From Oikopleura dioica (lineage: Eukaryota; Animalia; Chordata): a stretch of 64,000 nt of DNA. Shown here piece after piece: positions 13,669 through 28,146 of the stretch (position 1 is the first letter of the stretch; each line of letters begins with the position of its first letter). The position numbers and the translations under genes are program-made. The stretch lies in assembly GCA_907165135.1 (NCBI GenBank), contig OU015567.1:2046001-2110000 (forward strand). The letters are read 5' to 3'. The notes beneath the pieces are model-generated. The model did not search any database. It was given only the letters and a program-made list of their open reading frames with translations, and was not told the origin of the DNA.

Positions 13669-15545
13669 ATGAATTTTACAGAAGAATATTTGGAGAATAC
13701 GACAAAACAAGTTCTGGTAGATTTTGGACACGAAAATGAAACGAATTTGGAAGAAACTCTTACGACAGCACAAGGAAATATCTCAGAAATGACGACTGGG
13801 TATTTTTCCGCAGATGGATCCGGTGATTTTGACGGTAACTGAGTTCGAGGAGACGCTTTTTCAACTCTTTATTTCAGTTATTCTCGATAAACATTCAACA
13901 AACCACTCAATCTGGGAGCGAGAATTCTGGCTCGACATCTACTTCTACTTTCGTGATAAAATTCTATCTAATGGAGCTCTCCCGATCATGCTATTGATCG
14001 GGGGGATTGTCTTGTTCTGTCTAGGAAAAAGCGGATCAAAGTGCATCTTCTTGAGAATCTTAAACTTAATGAACTAATACTATTGATCCTCGGAAAAAGT
14101 GTTGATTGTAACGGTTTGGATGCTCTGCAAGATCAAAAAGAAGAGAAAGGGACACGGCGAGTACAGGAAAGGTTCTAACTATACTGTTTTCTGAGAACTG
14201 AACAGTATGTTGAGCTGAAAAAGGCCTTCGGAAAAAGAAGCGATGGAGATGTACTTCAAATTCGGCGTCTTTTCGGAAAAAGGATCGGGTCAAGATTTCT
14301 TCCTCAAGTCGAATGAGACATTTCTTTCTTGAGCCAACTAAAAGCCCTGCCCTTCATTCCATATCCTGACATAGAGCGACTTATCTAGATTTCACGAACT
14401 TCTTCATTCCTGAATAAACCTGTTCTTTACATTGTAAATCAGCATTGTGATGAGAAAAAGACAATAAATCGATGCGAAAAAGCCCCCATTGTTTTCTTCC
14501 TTGATTTCAGGCGACCGTCTTGTCGGCTTTTGACGTAGTTTAAATTGGACTTTTATTCGATAATACACTTTTGGCTTCCTTGAAGCAAAACCCAAGAAGC
14601 GAAAATGTTCTTTGAAGAAGGAATAGACATGAGAGAGTATTTGAGGGAAAACGAAAATGATGAAGATGTTGAAATTCGGCCACAAGATTCTAGGCGGATT
14701 CCCAAGTACAGAGACTTTATTCTGAAAATCATGGAACATCCGTTCGTTGACCAAATTCAAACAAGAAGAGAGACATTCAATTATGACATTCCAATCAGAA
14801 GAATACCGCTACTCGAGAAGTTCTCAAAGTACTTTGTTAACGGATTGAAATCTAAAGAATTTCTAACATTGAAATTTTATAATTCAAATCCCCTAAAGTT
14901 TTTTTCTACAGTCTTCACATCTGGCTTGTTTACCCATCACTTTTCTTTCTAAATTTATTAATGAGGAAAGAGAAAAGCGATCTTCCAGGTTATTTGATTA
15001 TAAAAAATGTCTAATAAAATCATCTTTTTTACTTTAGACTTCATAAGATTGGTGCTCATACTTCTGCTGCTGGAACAAAGCCGAGTTCTTCACAATGGTA
15101 GGGATTCCTACATGTGGAAGTATGCCTTTTACCGACTCTTCTTTTCGATGTTTATCATTTGTTCCTCATCGATTCTTTTTTCGGTAACAAGTTTGAAAGC
15201 TCTTTAAATCCTGACTCAGGTCGTTTAATTTATCAAACAGCTTATCAAACTTGACAAAGATGATCAAAAATTCGTGGAACTGGGGCATGCAACATCTTCA
15301 TCTTGAAGAATACGACGAGACAGAAGACGATCTCCTTGTTTATTTCTCTTTTCCAGGTCATGATCTGGATAACTGTTAAATCCGAAAATGATAAAATTTT
15401 AAGACGTCAAAGAAATTTTCGTTTTCCTCTTCGTCGTCATTTTCAATGGTAGAATAAGGAGTCAACTTGACGAGAAAAAGAAGATATCAAAAGGCTTCAA
15501 GAAACATTTGAGAAATTACTGAAGAATTTCTGCAACGAATAAAAT
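13669..15545 (+). CDS. Uncharacterised predicted membrane protein (multi-exon)
   Basis: ATG 13669 (MNFTEEYLEN...); intron ~13835-13876; hydrophobic segments ALPIMLLIGGIVLFCL, IRLVLILLLLEQ, LFFSMFIICSSSILF and IFVFLFVVIF; charged tail near 15480-15545. Confidence 0.45.
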
Positions 15546-18313
15546 CTAAATTCTAGCAGCAGCCAATTAATTGTGTTGACTTAAACGATTGGGCATTACA
15601 AAATCGATCGACGATCGCTGAAAAAAAAGTTCTTCAAGTGAGCGAATCCTTGAGCCGCGTCCCCCTGCGCTTGCCCTCGCTTTTCTTCGCCATCCAGCTC
15701 CGTGTCATTTTCGCAAATTCAGCGGTACGAGTAGCCTCATTTACCAAACGCGCGATAGCGGCTTAACTCTACTAGGGCCCTTCGCTTTCCAAAAGCTTGT
15801 GCCTAATACAATGTCCCGTACTTATTCACATCAAAATCCAGCCTACCACTAAGAAGGGAAATCAGCTGTCCAAATTTCAGCTTCCACTTTTCAAACAGGT
15901 AAAACAGAGATAGCCTTAATTTTCCCGCTTAATTTCGCTCTATTTCCGCTCTGAAACCGCTCCAAGGACACAAATCCCTTCTCTAGTGAATGTATCTATA
16001 CATTTGGGATGAAAAGAAGGTCGATTTTGCCATATTTTCTGCACTTGGCGGACAGAAAATATGCAAAAAGACCATTTATTTTAAAATCCCAAGCCGGTGT
16101 GGTAGCCCGGCCGTGATGCGATTTTCACAAAGGCTACCTGTCACTGATAGCTCACAACTTAGGGTAGCGACGCTTAAAAAGAATCATGTTTTGAATTACA
16201 AATTTACAAGAATAGGCCTTCTTTACTCAATTGAATTCGATTTTCGATATTTATAAAGGTCTTTTCCTTCAAACAACAGGAAGTTTTTTTTTTAAATTAG
16301 GGTAGATTTGTCGCGGTCTCGCCTTTTTTTCTGGCGAAATTCAGCCAATAAGAGTTAATAAAACCAGGGTGATATTCAAAATTTGAATGTCAACCCTTAG
16401 TTTTGCATTGTGAAGCCCTTATTGATTGAATTTCGCCGCAAAAAAGCGAGTACCGCGTGTCTACCCTAATTCCATGACGCGGCGCACTCAACTCAATTCG
16501 CCCGGCGTGGTTGCTACTACACCGCCGTCTTGGGTATTTTCCGGGCGCGTGAGTCGCTGGAGGGCGGTCGAGTCGACACTGATCAAACACGCGAAAAGGC
16601 AGCAAAGCTCTACTGGCCGCTTGTTGGCGTCCGAGTGCCGTCGCTGCCGTTTTCGCCTTTTCGATTTTGCTCAGTTCGGCCGGGGCAAGGCTGCGAGCCA
16701 CTTCCACTCGCACCGAGCCCGTGCGTAGGCGCCCAGGCGAGCCCCTCTGATAGGCTGGGACTTCCCACTACCGACCCTTGCATTATTGGTAGTGGAGGAC
16801 CCCCTTGAAAGAGGAAGACCAGCTCAACTGGAAAACGCCTCGCATTTAATAAAAATAAATAAGCGAGAAATTCAGAGAAATATAATAAAAATATAAATGA
16901 AATTTTGAATTTAAAAGAAAAAGAAATTTATTTAATTCTGGAAATTTGTTTTTTTTTTATATAAATCGAGCCGGATATTTTCCAAAATTTTCAAGTTTCT
17001 CGATAAAAAAAATTTTTATGAAAAAAGAATATTAATAAATAATGACTTGAAAATATAAATGTATACTATTGAAGATTTTTCTTCACAAAAATGCTCTCAT
17101 TTAAAAATTACTCAAAATATCATTTTTCTCTTCTCCCATTCTTCTTCCAGCAAATTTCTCCTCTCTTCCAGCAGCGGAGGACCCTTCTCTCATCCAGTAA
17201 ATAGGCGCCCTCTCGCGGCTCTTCATTATTTTTTTTCTGTCTCGTTTCGTTTGAGTGGTTCGTTCCGCCCCTCGTTGATTAGGGATGGTAGCTTCGGCGG
17301 TTGGGAAATGTAAAGAAAAACGCTGCGTCGCGGCGGTGTGGTATACTACACTTGGCAGGTATTTTTTTACTCCCGTGTCGTGCCGTTCGATCACAAAATT
17401 AAAGCGACTTTTCAATTTTTAACCGTTTCGACTTTCCGAAGGGCCCTGCATTTTTACTGTATCAGTTTACAGTTGCAGTTTGCTCGTCTCTAGAAAAAGC
17501 AACCATGAAACAGTCATTGTGACATTCGTCGGAAAAAACGCCCATCCAGTGAGTTGAGCCCGAAAAAGATAATCGAGAAAAGAGCAGAAATCTGGAAATT
17601 GGAATTTCGTTCATATGGACTGGACAAAAAAATATCATGAAATCTTGTAGCTTAGATTTTGACACATTTTGGTGCTTATTTTTGCGTAGAAACGGCCGGT
17701 TTAGTGCCAAAATCGCCATTTTTGCAGCCCGAAATGCCGGTTTTTCGGGCTATCCATGATAATCCGGCTTTTCTTTGCTAGATACAATTGAAAAATACTG
17801 AATAATGTCCATTTCTATGTCTTTTCCTTTACTTAAATGCGATAGAAGGACGCGTTTCGGGAAGAAAATACGTTTTCGCTTCATATTTTTGAAAATAAAC
17901 TTGTTTTTTTAGCCCAAGTAGTTAGGAAAGCCCTTCGTCGTGCTATTTTTGCAGCAAACAGGAAGAAATTTTCGTCGAAAATCGACGAAAAACGTACTCG
18001 ATAAACGTGTTTTCGAGCTCATAAACAGCCTCTTTGGCGAGCTATTTTATCTTTTCTCGTGGCAATTTATTTGGTCCAGGACTTTGAGTGTTCTTTTGGT
18101 TGCTATAACTGTATTTTTCGCTTATTTTAATGAGCGAAAGTCCTTTATTTGTCAGAATTAAAAGGTTAATTCAGTAGTTGGACTTAAATAAATATAATTC
18201 TATCCCAAAATAGCGGCGTAATTATCAATTTTGTTGAAATTTTGGGCAATTTATATTCCAGTTTGAGAAAGAAACATTCTTTAACTAATCCTGTATTTCC
18301 AGGGTGAAGAAAA

Positions 18314-21300
18314 ATGGAGTCGTTCAACGAAGACGCAGACGGTCTCTTCGCTTGTCTGTTGGAAGAGCCAGGAGGCGACCAGTCCGTCAACTACGAGGTC
18401 GACCAATCGCAGAATCAAGGCGCTCTCGGCGGCCAGAATCAGTCCTTCGGCTACGACGATGGATACGGCGGCCAGGCCGATGATTCTGTTGGCGGCGGAG
18501 GAGGTGGCGATGATGGTGGAGGAATGTCGCTTGGAGCGCAGTTTCTTGATCTCGTCGCCAATACAATCGGTAATTAAAGATCTTCCTTACAAAATTGCTT
18601 ATTTAAATTTTAAGGCGACGACGCTGGCTTCGCTCCTGCAGCTCCGAAGCCCACGCCACCAAAGCAGCCTTCTTATAGCAACAAGCAAAGCTATGATAAC
18701 TCCGATCAGGGAATAGGGATCTCCAATCCTCCCATGCGTCAGCGTCCTCGGCAGCAGTTTCAACAAGGTCAAATCGTCCGGCCGAGGCAAGGAGACATCG
18801 TCGGAGGACCCAAGATTCAACCGATGAATCGAATGGCTAAACCGCTGAATACGAAGGTAAATAAAACTATCCCCATTCTCATGTCATCTGATTTTAGGTA
18901 CAGAAAGCGAGCCCGAACTTATTTATAAAAACACAAAATGGAACTGGTCCAAAGCGAATTATTGGCACTCCGATCGGCGCCGGAATAAAAATCCGTCGAC
19001 CAGGAGGTGGTGTTCCCATTGCCGGCCCTGGTGGAGCCAAGCCGAAGCCAAGCTACCAATCTAACCAGTCTGGTCCTTCCATTCGTCCGACGGAGAAGGC
19101 GCCTTCTATCCCGTCGATGAGAAACAAGCAGAGTCAGATGAACAGGATGAACCGTGGGCCCGTCCAAACTGCGAGCCAGAACGATATGGATGGCTCTTTT
19201 TCAAATGCTGGCTCTAATCAGAACTTTCAACGAGGACACGCGCTTCCGCGAAATCAACAGAATAGCCAATATTGTGGGCAGAATCGAGGACCGCCGCAGA
19301 ATCAAGATGATGGCTACGGAGGAATGAGCGTTCCTGTCAAAGACAACAACTCCTCGTTTAGTCAAAACCAGCAATCCAACGCTCCTCTTCACGGTCGACA
19401 GAATCAATTCGATAACACGCGCTCTGGACCTAACCAGAGCTTCAACAAGGGACCTGTAAGAAATAACCAAGGCCAATTTCAATCCGGGCAGTCCTTCAAC
19501 CCTTCCCAGAATCGACAGAAGGCACCCGGCCAAGTCGGGCGGCATCCTGTTGGCCAACCAAGGCCAGTTTCGCAAAATATCGGCTTAAAACCTACCGGAC
19601 CAAGTGGCGATCATGGCAATGTACGTTCGCACACGCCGCAGGGCCAGTCATTCGACGATTGGTCAAGCCCAAGTCCTGAAGGAACGCATCAACAGCAGCA
19701 TCAGCCGAGGCAGCGTAATCCAACGCCGAATAACTCCAGGCCGCAAATGGGTCACGGTCACTCGCCAGGGAACAATCGTAATAGTCAGCAGCAAGGAGCG
19801 AATATGAGGATGAATCCTGCCATGCAACCTCAGCAAAAGCAACAGCTAACGGCAGAGCAGAGCTGGGATCGCGCGATGGGAAACAATTCTAGCTCCGGAC
19901 CGCCGAATTCGCAGAAACGAGCAAGCTTACCTGGCCAGCAGAATCAACAAAATTCTCAGCAGCCAGGCCGCTACACGAACTCGCCGATGAATCAGCACTC
20001 AAATACGAATCTTGGCCCTTACGAATCGGAACCGATCAGCCCACTGACATCTTCAAAAAGTCCTTATCAAAGCCAGTCGCATTCGCAAGGCCAAAATGCG
20101 ATGCAAGGTCAAAATCAAATGCAAAGAAACGCTCCTCAAAATCGTATGCGCCCTGACCCTGGACAAATGCAAGGTCAAAAATCACAATTCCGCGGATCTA
20201 TGGATTCAAACTTTCCTATGAGTCCACCTGGAACGCAGCCTCAAAACTCTCGAATGCACAATCAAAATCAGCCGAGCACTAATCAAAGTCCGAGTATGCA
20301 TCAACGAGTGCCAAGTTTAGGGAATTCTAGCATGAGTCAACAGCCTCAAAATCAAAGTGGTCAGAATAAATTCCCGGTCGGCCATCCTCAGCATCCTGGA
20401 ATGAATCAGCAAACTGGAAATCAGAATCGGGGCATGCCTCAAAATCAACCAAATAACCGCCGACAGAGCTCCGAAAATCGAAACCAAACGAACGATGACC
20501 TTGGTTTCCTCGACTTTGGTTCAACCTTCAACGATCCAAATCAAGCGTCAAAAACGTCTGTTCCATCTTCAGTTCATCAACAAGCGACCCAGCTTTCGAG
20601 TCAACCTCAACCCCAATCGAACATCAACCAGCCAGGTTACCCAACGAACTCGTCGGGGCCGATCCCGTCTTCGCTAGCTGGATCAATGAGCGCGCCCCTC
20701 TCGTCGTCCGCGACGCCGAATATTCGCACTAGCATGAGTAACATCCCGGGAAGCATGGCTCAACAATCTTTCAATTCCTCGAGCATTGGGCAGCCAGTGT
20801 CGACATTCTCCAGCTCGAAACAAGCTCAACCAATTCAGCAAACATCATCGATGCCATCGCATATGCCAACTCCGATGCAGAATGAAATGAATCGAAGTAT
20901 CCCTTCTCAGCAACAACAACAGCAGCAGCAGCGCCAGGCGATGCAAAACATGGGTCAAAAACAACCTTCCCAAGCTCAGCCAGGAAACGTGAACGACAAC
21001 AACTTGAACGATTGGCTAAGTAGCATCATGACCGACAATAACAAACAACCATCGAGTCAACCATCAGCTCCTGCCGCTCAACCAGCAGCTCCGCCAAAGC
21101 CGAGAAGCTCGCTTTTGAATGTGACCCCTAATATGTCAAAATCTCAGGCAAGCTCGCATCCTTCACAACCGCCAGCTCCACAAATGACGAATAGCCAACA
21201 AATGCTGCTGAACTTGAAGCAGGAGCCCATCGATACCTCGTACATGCGACAAGCTGCGGAGAAAACAGCAGCTGGTGCTGTTTCAAGCTCGGTTCTCAAA

Positions 21301-24300
21301 AAACCATCAGTACCTGCTCCAGCGCCTGTGGCACCAAAAGCACCTGGATTCACTGGCATGCCCGGTATGAGTTTGCCAAGTTCGATGCCGATGAGCATGA
21401 GTACGAGCATCCCACAGTCCTTTCCTGGTCATCCCGCTTCTGTGAGTAGCGCCTTAGGTGCCATCCCTAATGCCCAGACAAATCCCAGCGTCATGCACTC
21501 AATGCTTACCCAGCCTGCTCTTACCGTCACTACTGCTTCGTCCAAACCTTCTGTAATCACCAGCTTGAATCAAACTGAAAAGTCACCCATCGTTTTGACT
21601 CCTACGGGAGTTTCCTCACACAGCAGTCTCAGTCAACACTCAAGTACTGTTCAATCAGGTCTACCTGGAGCAATCAAAGCTCCAGCACAAGCACAGCAAG
21701 CCACAAAGCAGAGCTCAAAGTTTGGGATGAAAAATTTGCGGAAAAGTGGTTTGTTTAATTATTGGGTAAGAGTTAGAAAAATCGCTTAGCTTAAATCGCT
21801 TGTGGTGGGTTCAATTCTTAGCACAATTTCTAATGATGTCGGTGTCGGCTTCTTTAATTTCAGAATCAAGCATGATAGATGCACTTTTTTAAACTGGGAC
21901 TTTTTATGTAAAAGCTGGATATCAAATTATCATTCCATAACAGGGTCAGATTCCTGGGCTTCCAGCGGTTCCTTCGTCAGCTGTGAGTTCAATCCCATCC
22001 ACGATTACTGCTTCGCCTCTTGACCCGGCTTCAAAAGCAAAGCAAGGTAAAATTGAGTTTATCGGAAACTGTCAATTCTAAATGATCCCTTTCCAGGCGC
22101 TCTTCAATCTGGACTTCAATCAGCGATGGCTGCGGCTGGGCATCCAACCATGACGCCACCGAATATCGCCGACTTGATTCGAATGGGTGTCCCAATGGAA
22201 AGCATCACTCCTCAAATGATGAATGCGCTAATGGGCGTCCATCGCGATCCATACGGTCGTCCCTTGGACAACTATCTCGGCTCAATGATCCAAGCACAGG
22301 CTGAAATGACCAAATCTGCACATGGAATGATCCCTGGCATGCCTGGCGCGATTCCTGGCCTCGCCGGTAAAATTCCTGAACAGCCTTCTGCTGCTGCTAC
22401 TGAAAAAGCAGCTCAGAAACCATCAGTATCTTCTGGTGGATTAATGAATGCTCTCTCGCAAACAATTTCAAAGCAAAACACGAAGGACTCTCAAGCAAAA
22501 AGTATCCTAGAAGAAGTGAAAAATCAGAAAGTCCAAGAGCTTGAGAACAGACGAAAGCTGCAAAAGGACACGATTGAACCGGGAAAAGCCTCGTTGAAAA
22601 CGAAAGATGGGCACTCGAATGATGACACTCCCATCGTCGATCTTCTACGATCTACGCCCGACCCATCAAAGAAACAAGCGGCCGCATCAACGACTCCAAT
22701 TAAACCGCCAAGCTCAGCAACTCCTGCTGCTCCAGTGACTCCATCAGCCTTCAACTGGAAGAAAAAAATGGCAAGCTCCGCGAGCACTGATCCGACAACT
22801 CCAACCTCGAAGCCGCCACTTTCGGGAAAATCGAGCACTTCTAGCGTCATTATGTCGAATCCAAATCTCGTTAGTCCGAAGGAAGATAGCGCGATCGCTA
22901 AAGCAACTCCTCTGTCGGACATCATCGCGGCCGAGCTGAAGGAGAAAAAGAAGAAGAGAAAGAAGAAAAAAGAAGAGCGGAGACGAAGAAAGACAAAAGA
23001 CTCCGACGACGAGGCTAAGGAATCGTCCGTTTTGCAAAAGCATCGACTTCCGCCTGATCCTGGTTACATCCCAAAAGTCAGAATTACAACGTATCGATCT
23101 TTAAATGGAAGCACCGTTCATTTGAGCCATCAATTCAAGCCTGGGGATGAGAAACCAGTGAAGACGCGCGGTAGAAGGGCAAAGAAGGACTTGGAGTCTG
23201 GAAGTGTCGATTTGAGCGAAATGTACGGCTGGGAAAGGAGCTATGAAGAGAAGCGTAGAAAGAGGCGGAGAGCGATGATCGGGTTGCCTGAGGAAGATGA
23301 GATCCCGGAGAAAGAACAGAGGGTAGAAGAACCGGTCAAGGAAGACAAGCCGATGGAGCCGATCCAGATCGAAGACGAAAAGCCCCAACCGGTAATATTC
23401 GAACGAAAAGTCCACTTTCTTATCTTTTTTTCAGGACAAAGAAAACCAGGAATTCTCATCATTAATTTACTCGTCGGCGCCTATTCCTCGACGAGTCCTT
23501 CCAAAACCTCCTGCTCGCCTGCATCTCGATGATTTGATGAAGAATACATTCAAATGCGAGGAATGCAATGACGAGTTCCTTTTTGAAAAGTCACTCAAGC
23601 ATCATTATGATCGAGAAAGCATCCTTATTCATGTAAGTCTTGATTCAGGCGGCTCTATCAAAGAATATTGAGAAGCCGCTTGCAGTACTAAAATTTATTT
23701 AAAGATTAGTACTAAAAACAAAATCACGACTTTTACGTCTATTTTTCTGCCGCGAATTTTCCTGACATTATCTTGTAGATCCACTGTATCGTTTGCAATT
23801 TACAACAAGTGTTCAAAAACAAATGCCAGCTGCTCCGCCACGCCAGGGAGCACAGTCTCAACGGGAAGCCAATGAAGTTCGTACGTCCGAAGATAATGCC
23901 GCTGACAATGTCCATGTGTCAAAATATAAAGACGACGGCGCCGGACAAAAACACCAAGTACGCAAAATCGTGCTCGGAATGCAGCAAACGCTTCGCAACC
24001 CGTATTGGATTACAGGAACACATGTCGGAGAAGATTGACGAGACCGAGTGTGACGTTTGTCACACTGTACTGCCTAACATGTGAGTAACTTAGAGGATTA
24101 TATGGTAGCCATGTCTGATGGCCATTTTCATTGGTAAGTCTTCAATCCAAGACAATTAACCTCATCCCAGTCTGATTGAATTAAATTCAGGTGCGCTTAT
24201 CAAGCTCATTGTCGCATCCACAACGACATGGGTGGCAACACCTTCGTCTGTCCGGAATGCGGCGAAAACTTTAAGTCCGACGAGCTCGAATTCCGCAAGC

Positions 24301-26048
24301 ACATCAAGCTCCACTGCGCTCACACTTCCAAAATTCGAGGCTTTCGCTGCCCGGTAAGTCGAGTATCCTTAAACCCTCCCTCACGATTTTCAGACGAGCC
24401 GGAAGGTCTTTTCCCGCGCCGAGCATCTCCGAGCTCATTGGCAAAATCACTGCCTGATTAAATTTCACAAATGTTCTGTCTGTCCCATCGCCTTTCGAGG
24501 CCAGAAGAGTATACGTAATCACCAACAAGAAAAACATCCCAAAACGAATATGCTTTACAAGTCGATCTTCCAGGTAAAACGACTTTGATGGTTTCTTTCT
24601 GGAAACACCTTTTTGTGTTTTCTGCTCAAAGCGGGCGGCTGTTCGATGTTATGTGATACTGCCTTGAAGCTCGAAGGCCACTGGCTTTCTAGAGTATTTT
24701 TGTTATCTACCCTCTTTCACTTTGTCGCCAGCTTTTAACAATCGAATTCTAGTGCCCATTATGCGACACACTATTCGAAGATCGCGAGTCGCCCAACGTT
24801 TCCAAGCACCTAATGGAACACACGAAAAATCACACTTACACAGTTTATCACTGCCTTGTTTGCCCAGAAGTTTTTGAACACTCGTCAGAACTCATGGAAC
24901 ACCTATTAGCCGGTAATGCATACCCTCCTCTTTTCTTATCAAATCTTTCGTTTAGATCACAATATATCTGAATATAAGACACCTGCCGCCGAGCTCGAGA
25001 GTGCCCTTGAATATGCAAGAACTAGTTTTTTAAGTTCCAAAAATGGACAAATAGACAATCACAACAAGCTTTTTACAGATGAAGAATTCTCGGACGACGG
25101 AGAGAGGTAAGATTCTTACTCTTTGCAAGATAGTAAATTGTCGATTCTAGCATATCAAAAGGACGTGGTCGAAATCGCAGAGATCGTTCCCGCGCCCGAA
25201 GCCCCGAGCCCAGCCCAGGCACGCCCCGTCGAACTTACATTTGCTCAATCTGCGATTTCTCAAGTTCACAATCAGAAAAGCTGCAGCGCCATTTCAAGAA
25301 GACCCACAAAGTCAACTACGTCACTGCTGACATGATCCGGACAAAGGTCTCTCAGACGTCCATTTCTTCGAGCTCCTTGAGTCTGTCAAACAGAAGCAAT
25401 GGCGTCTCGGCCACGCTTCCACCGACCGGTGGGAATGTTCTCATGACGCCACAGGGACCGATTCCGATGAGAAACATGCGAAAAGAACCGACGCAGGAAG
25501 AATTGGTAAGAAAGGCTTCCATGGATAAAACATTAAGTCATTCTTTTTAGGCTCAAGAAGATCCGCCCTTGCCAGAAGTCTATAAGTGCGCTAAATGCGA
25601 CTACCAGCACCGCTCGCGCGAGGACTTCCAGCGCCACATCCGAATCCACTCGAACTTCAACACAGAAGAAAAACAGTGCACTGAATGTGGGCAATCCTTT
25701 GCGTCGCTGCCTGCGCTCGAAAAACACCTCTTCATGTCTCATAAGGTTAGATTCATCAGTTAGTCGATGAAATAATTGTTTTGAATTTGTAGATCGTGTC
25801 AATTCATCAGCTAGACAGGATTGACAAGGGTTTCCGCGAACCAATGGCGCCAAAGAATTTGAAAAGTTCAACAACCTACAGTTGCAAGGTAGAGTCACAA
25901 ATTGAAAAGAACTCGAGTCTACTGACAATTTCAAAGAAAATATCATTCATTTTCAATTCAGGCCTGTCACAAATCGTTCAACAGCGAGGTCGTTCTCAAG
26001 CAACACGAGAAGCAACACGGTTTGCATTTCATCAAAAGCCTCAAATAG
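18314..26048 (+). CDS. ZNF532: ZNF532/ZNF592/ZNF687-family multi-C2H2 zinc-finger protein with very long Q/N/P/S-rich N-terminal region
   Basis: Spliced FKCEECNDEFLFEKSLKHHYDRESILIH|IHCIVCNLQQVFKNKCQLLRHAREH matches the family signature (C..C.D.F..EKSL..HY.R.S..I...C..C......NKC.LL.HAR.H). C-terminus CHKSFNSEVVLKQHEKQHGLHFIKSLK* ends at 26048. Exact paralog assignment is not possible. Confidence 0.85.
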
Positions 26049-26599
26049 TCCAAAATTTCGCACTACACTTTAAGACTTTAAAATCGTATCCAACTTGGTG
26101 CTCCTCCTTGTTTCTCACTCCTCACTTTATCTTCTTTTCCTAATTTATTTGACTGTATCAAGCCTTTTATACTAAAAATTACCATTGATCTTGATGCTAC
26201 TCTTTTTCTTTATTGTCTTCTTCCCTTATTCATTCATTTCTTTTGTACTTGTGCTAAACATAAAACTGCTTCTGTACAAAAATGCAACACAACTTTTTTG
26301 TTATTTATTTTCATCTTAAAAATGCGGCGTTACAATTTCAAACTGAAAATTTTATTTTTCAAAGTATTTTTTCGGGTATTTCAACTTTAAATTATTTAAA
26401 CAAAATACTGTCATTATGCAGCCTTACTTTAAAACTCTTTACTTTCAACCTTTTAAGTTTGCTTCTTTTTTGTTTTCCTTTTTTTATTTTAATTAATTAT
26501 TTCTATTTCTTCTTATGTTTGTGTGAAGCCAAAGCTGAGACCTGCCAAGATGACACTTTACTGTCACTTTAATACAGACACAATCGAACTTATTTTTCT

Positions 26600-28068
26600 C
26601 TTCCTTAGTCTTCTTGCAGATGTATACAAGAGAAGAAAGAGGTTGTCAAGTTTTCCGACAAAAAATAAGGCTCAACACAATTTTTGGTCCACCGAAAACG
26701 GGTTAAAGACAGTCTAAGGGTTGCTTGAGCTAGATGCAATTGAATGACCCTAGATTCATTATTGGAGTAGATTGGTCGGTCAAATCGGATTAATAGTAAA
26801 CCCGCATGCATGCATACGACTCTTATTTGGATTGAAAATCCCACTTTATCCACGCGGACTCCGAGAAAGACAATATGCAAGTGTCTAATCGACAACCAGG
26901 CCTGCGGACCTGACCGACATTTTCATGCCCTTTCGTTGCTAATTACTCACATCGCGTCGGCAAAAATACCTTTTTCAATATTGAATGTACCTCCACTTCT
27001 TTTTTCCTTCTTTTTGGCAAATGCGAATTGGTGCCTCTCGCAAATAATAAATATTTATTTATTTTAGAAAAGAATCTTTCTGTTTCAGGCAAGAAAAGAC
27101 TGCTTCGGAAAATGACAAAAAGAGAAATCGGCAATTTATCGAACGGAATTTGGATTACCAGCTTTTTCTCGCTCTTTTTCTCGGAAAAATAAGCCAAAAT
27201 TGTAAAACAGAAGAGCAACAGACGCACAGAGTCGCTAGAATCAGCCCGATGGTCGCGATTTCAGGAGTTCCTGGTTTGGGAGCATGAAAAATGACGCATG
27301 AAAAGAAGGTGAATTATTTTTTAAACGAAGCATATTTAAAAATATGCATCAATTTTTATTTACAAGTGATATTCATACTAGGCTCAGCATTCGAAAGAAC
27401 CATTGGTATGAGTCAATCGCTCATATTTTATTCAGAATAGTGCCACTATCGTAGCCAGAAAAGAGCCTGTTTGAACGACAGTATTCCAACGGTTCAGTCT
27501 TATTCTGTATTCTTTTTATAGTTTTTCTTCCAGGAGAAATCAAAATATCTTTGAATTCAATTTTTGATAAGAGAGTGGTCAGCGACTCCTCGAATTCTAT
27601 CTCAAGCAGCTGCCGGATTCCTTCGTTAACTTCGAGACGCCAAAAACGGCAGAGAATTTTGAAGAATGGAGTGCTCAATGGGTAAGTCTACGCATATTTA
27701 CCATAAAAACGAACAGTTGACGTTAAAAAGAGTAATTTGAACTCCTCTTTTATTATTCTTTTTTTCCATGTTATCTTTATCGATTCAGAAAGGCCGCTTA
27801 CCATAGTTCAGAAATAAACAGCCACTAAAAATTAATTAAGTTTTCCTCGGAAAAGGAGACAAAGCGACTGCGAGAAGCTGGCGTTCACGAATTCGTTGTC
27901 CATGACGCAATTGCGCAGGTCCTCTTTAATAATGTCCAGTGGAGAAGGCAGGAGAAAGTGCTTTTCATCAGAGACTGGCTGCTGGACAATCACCTGAAAT
28001 TTGAAGCGAAGAGGCAAATCTTTGACAATTTTGTTAGTCAGAATCAAAGTGAGTTTGGAATATACCAT
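26600..28068 (-). CDS. Uncharacterised protein (multi-exon)
   Basis: Exon-like ORFs 27832-28068 (ATG 28068) and 27421-27678, with AT-rich short introns between; 3' end poorly defined. Confidence 0.35.
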
Positions 28069-28146
28069 GTATGTTGCATTTTTATATTAATCGAACCAGC
28101 AAATATCCTATATCGTCATTAACGATTTATGTTCTCAGCAAAGCGA

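Noticed and set aside
14212-14315. Neuropeptide precursor (AFGKR-SDGDVLQIRRLF-GKR)
   Set aside because: No signal peptide in frame; the segment fits as an internal exon of the larger membrane-protein gene via a GA-AG intron.
16744-16815. Hammerhead ribozyme (ctgatag ... gaaa)
   Set aside because: The core should be CUGANGA; the sequence reads CUGAUAG and the helices do not close correctly.
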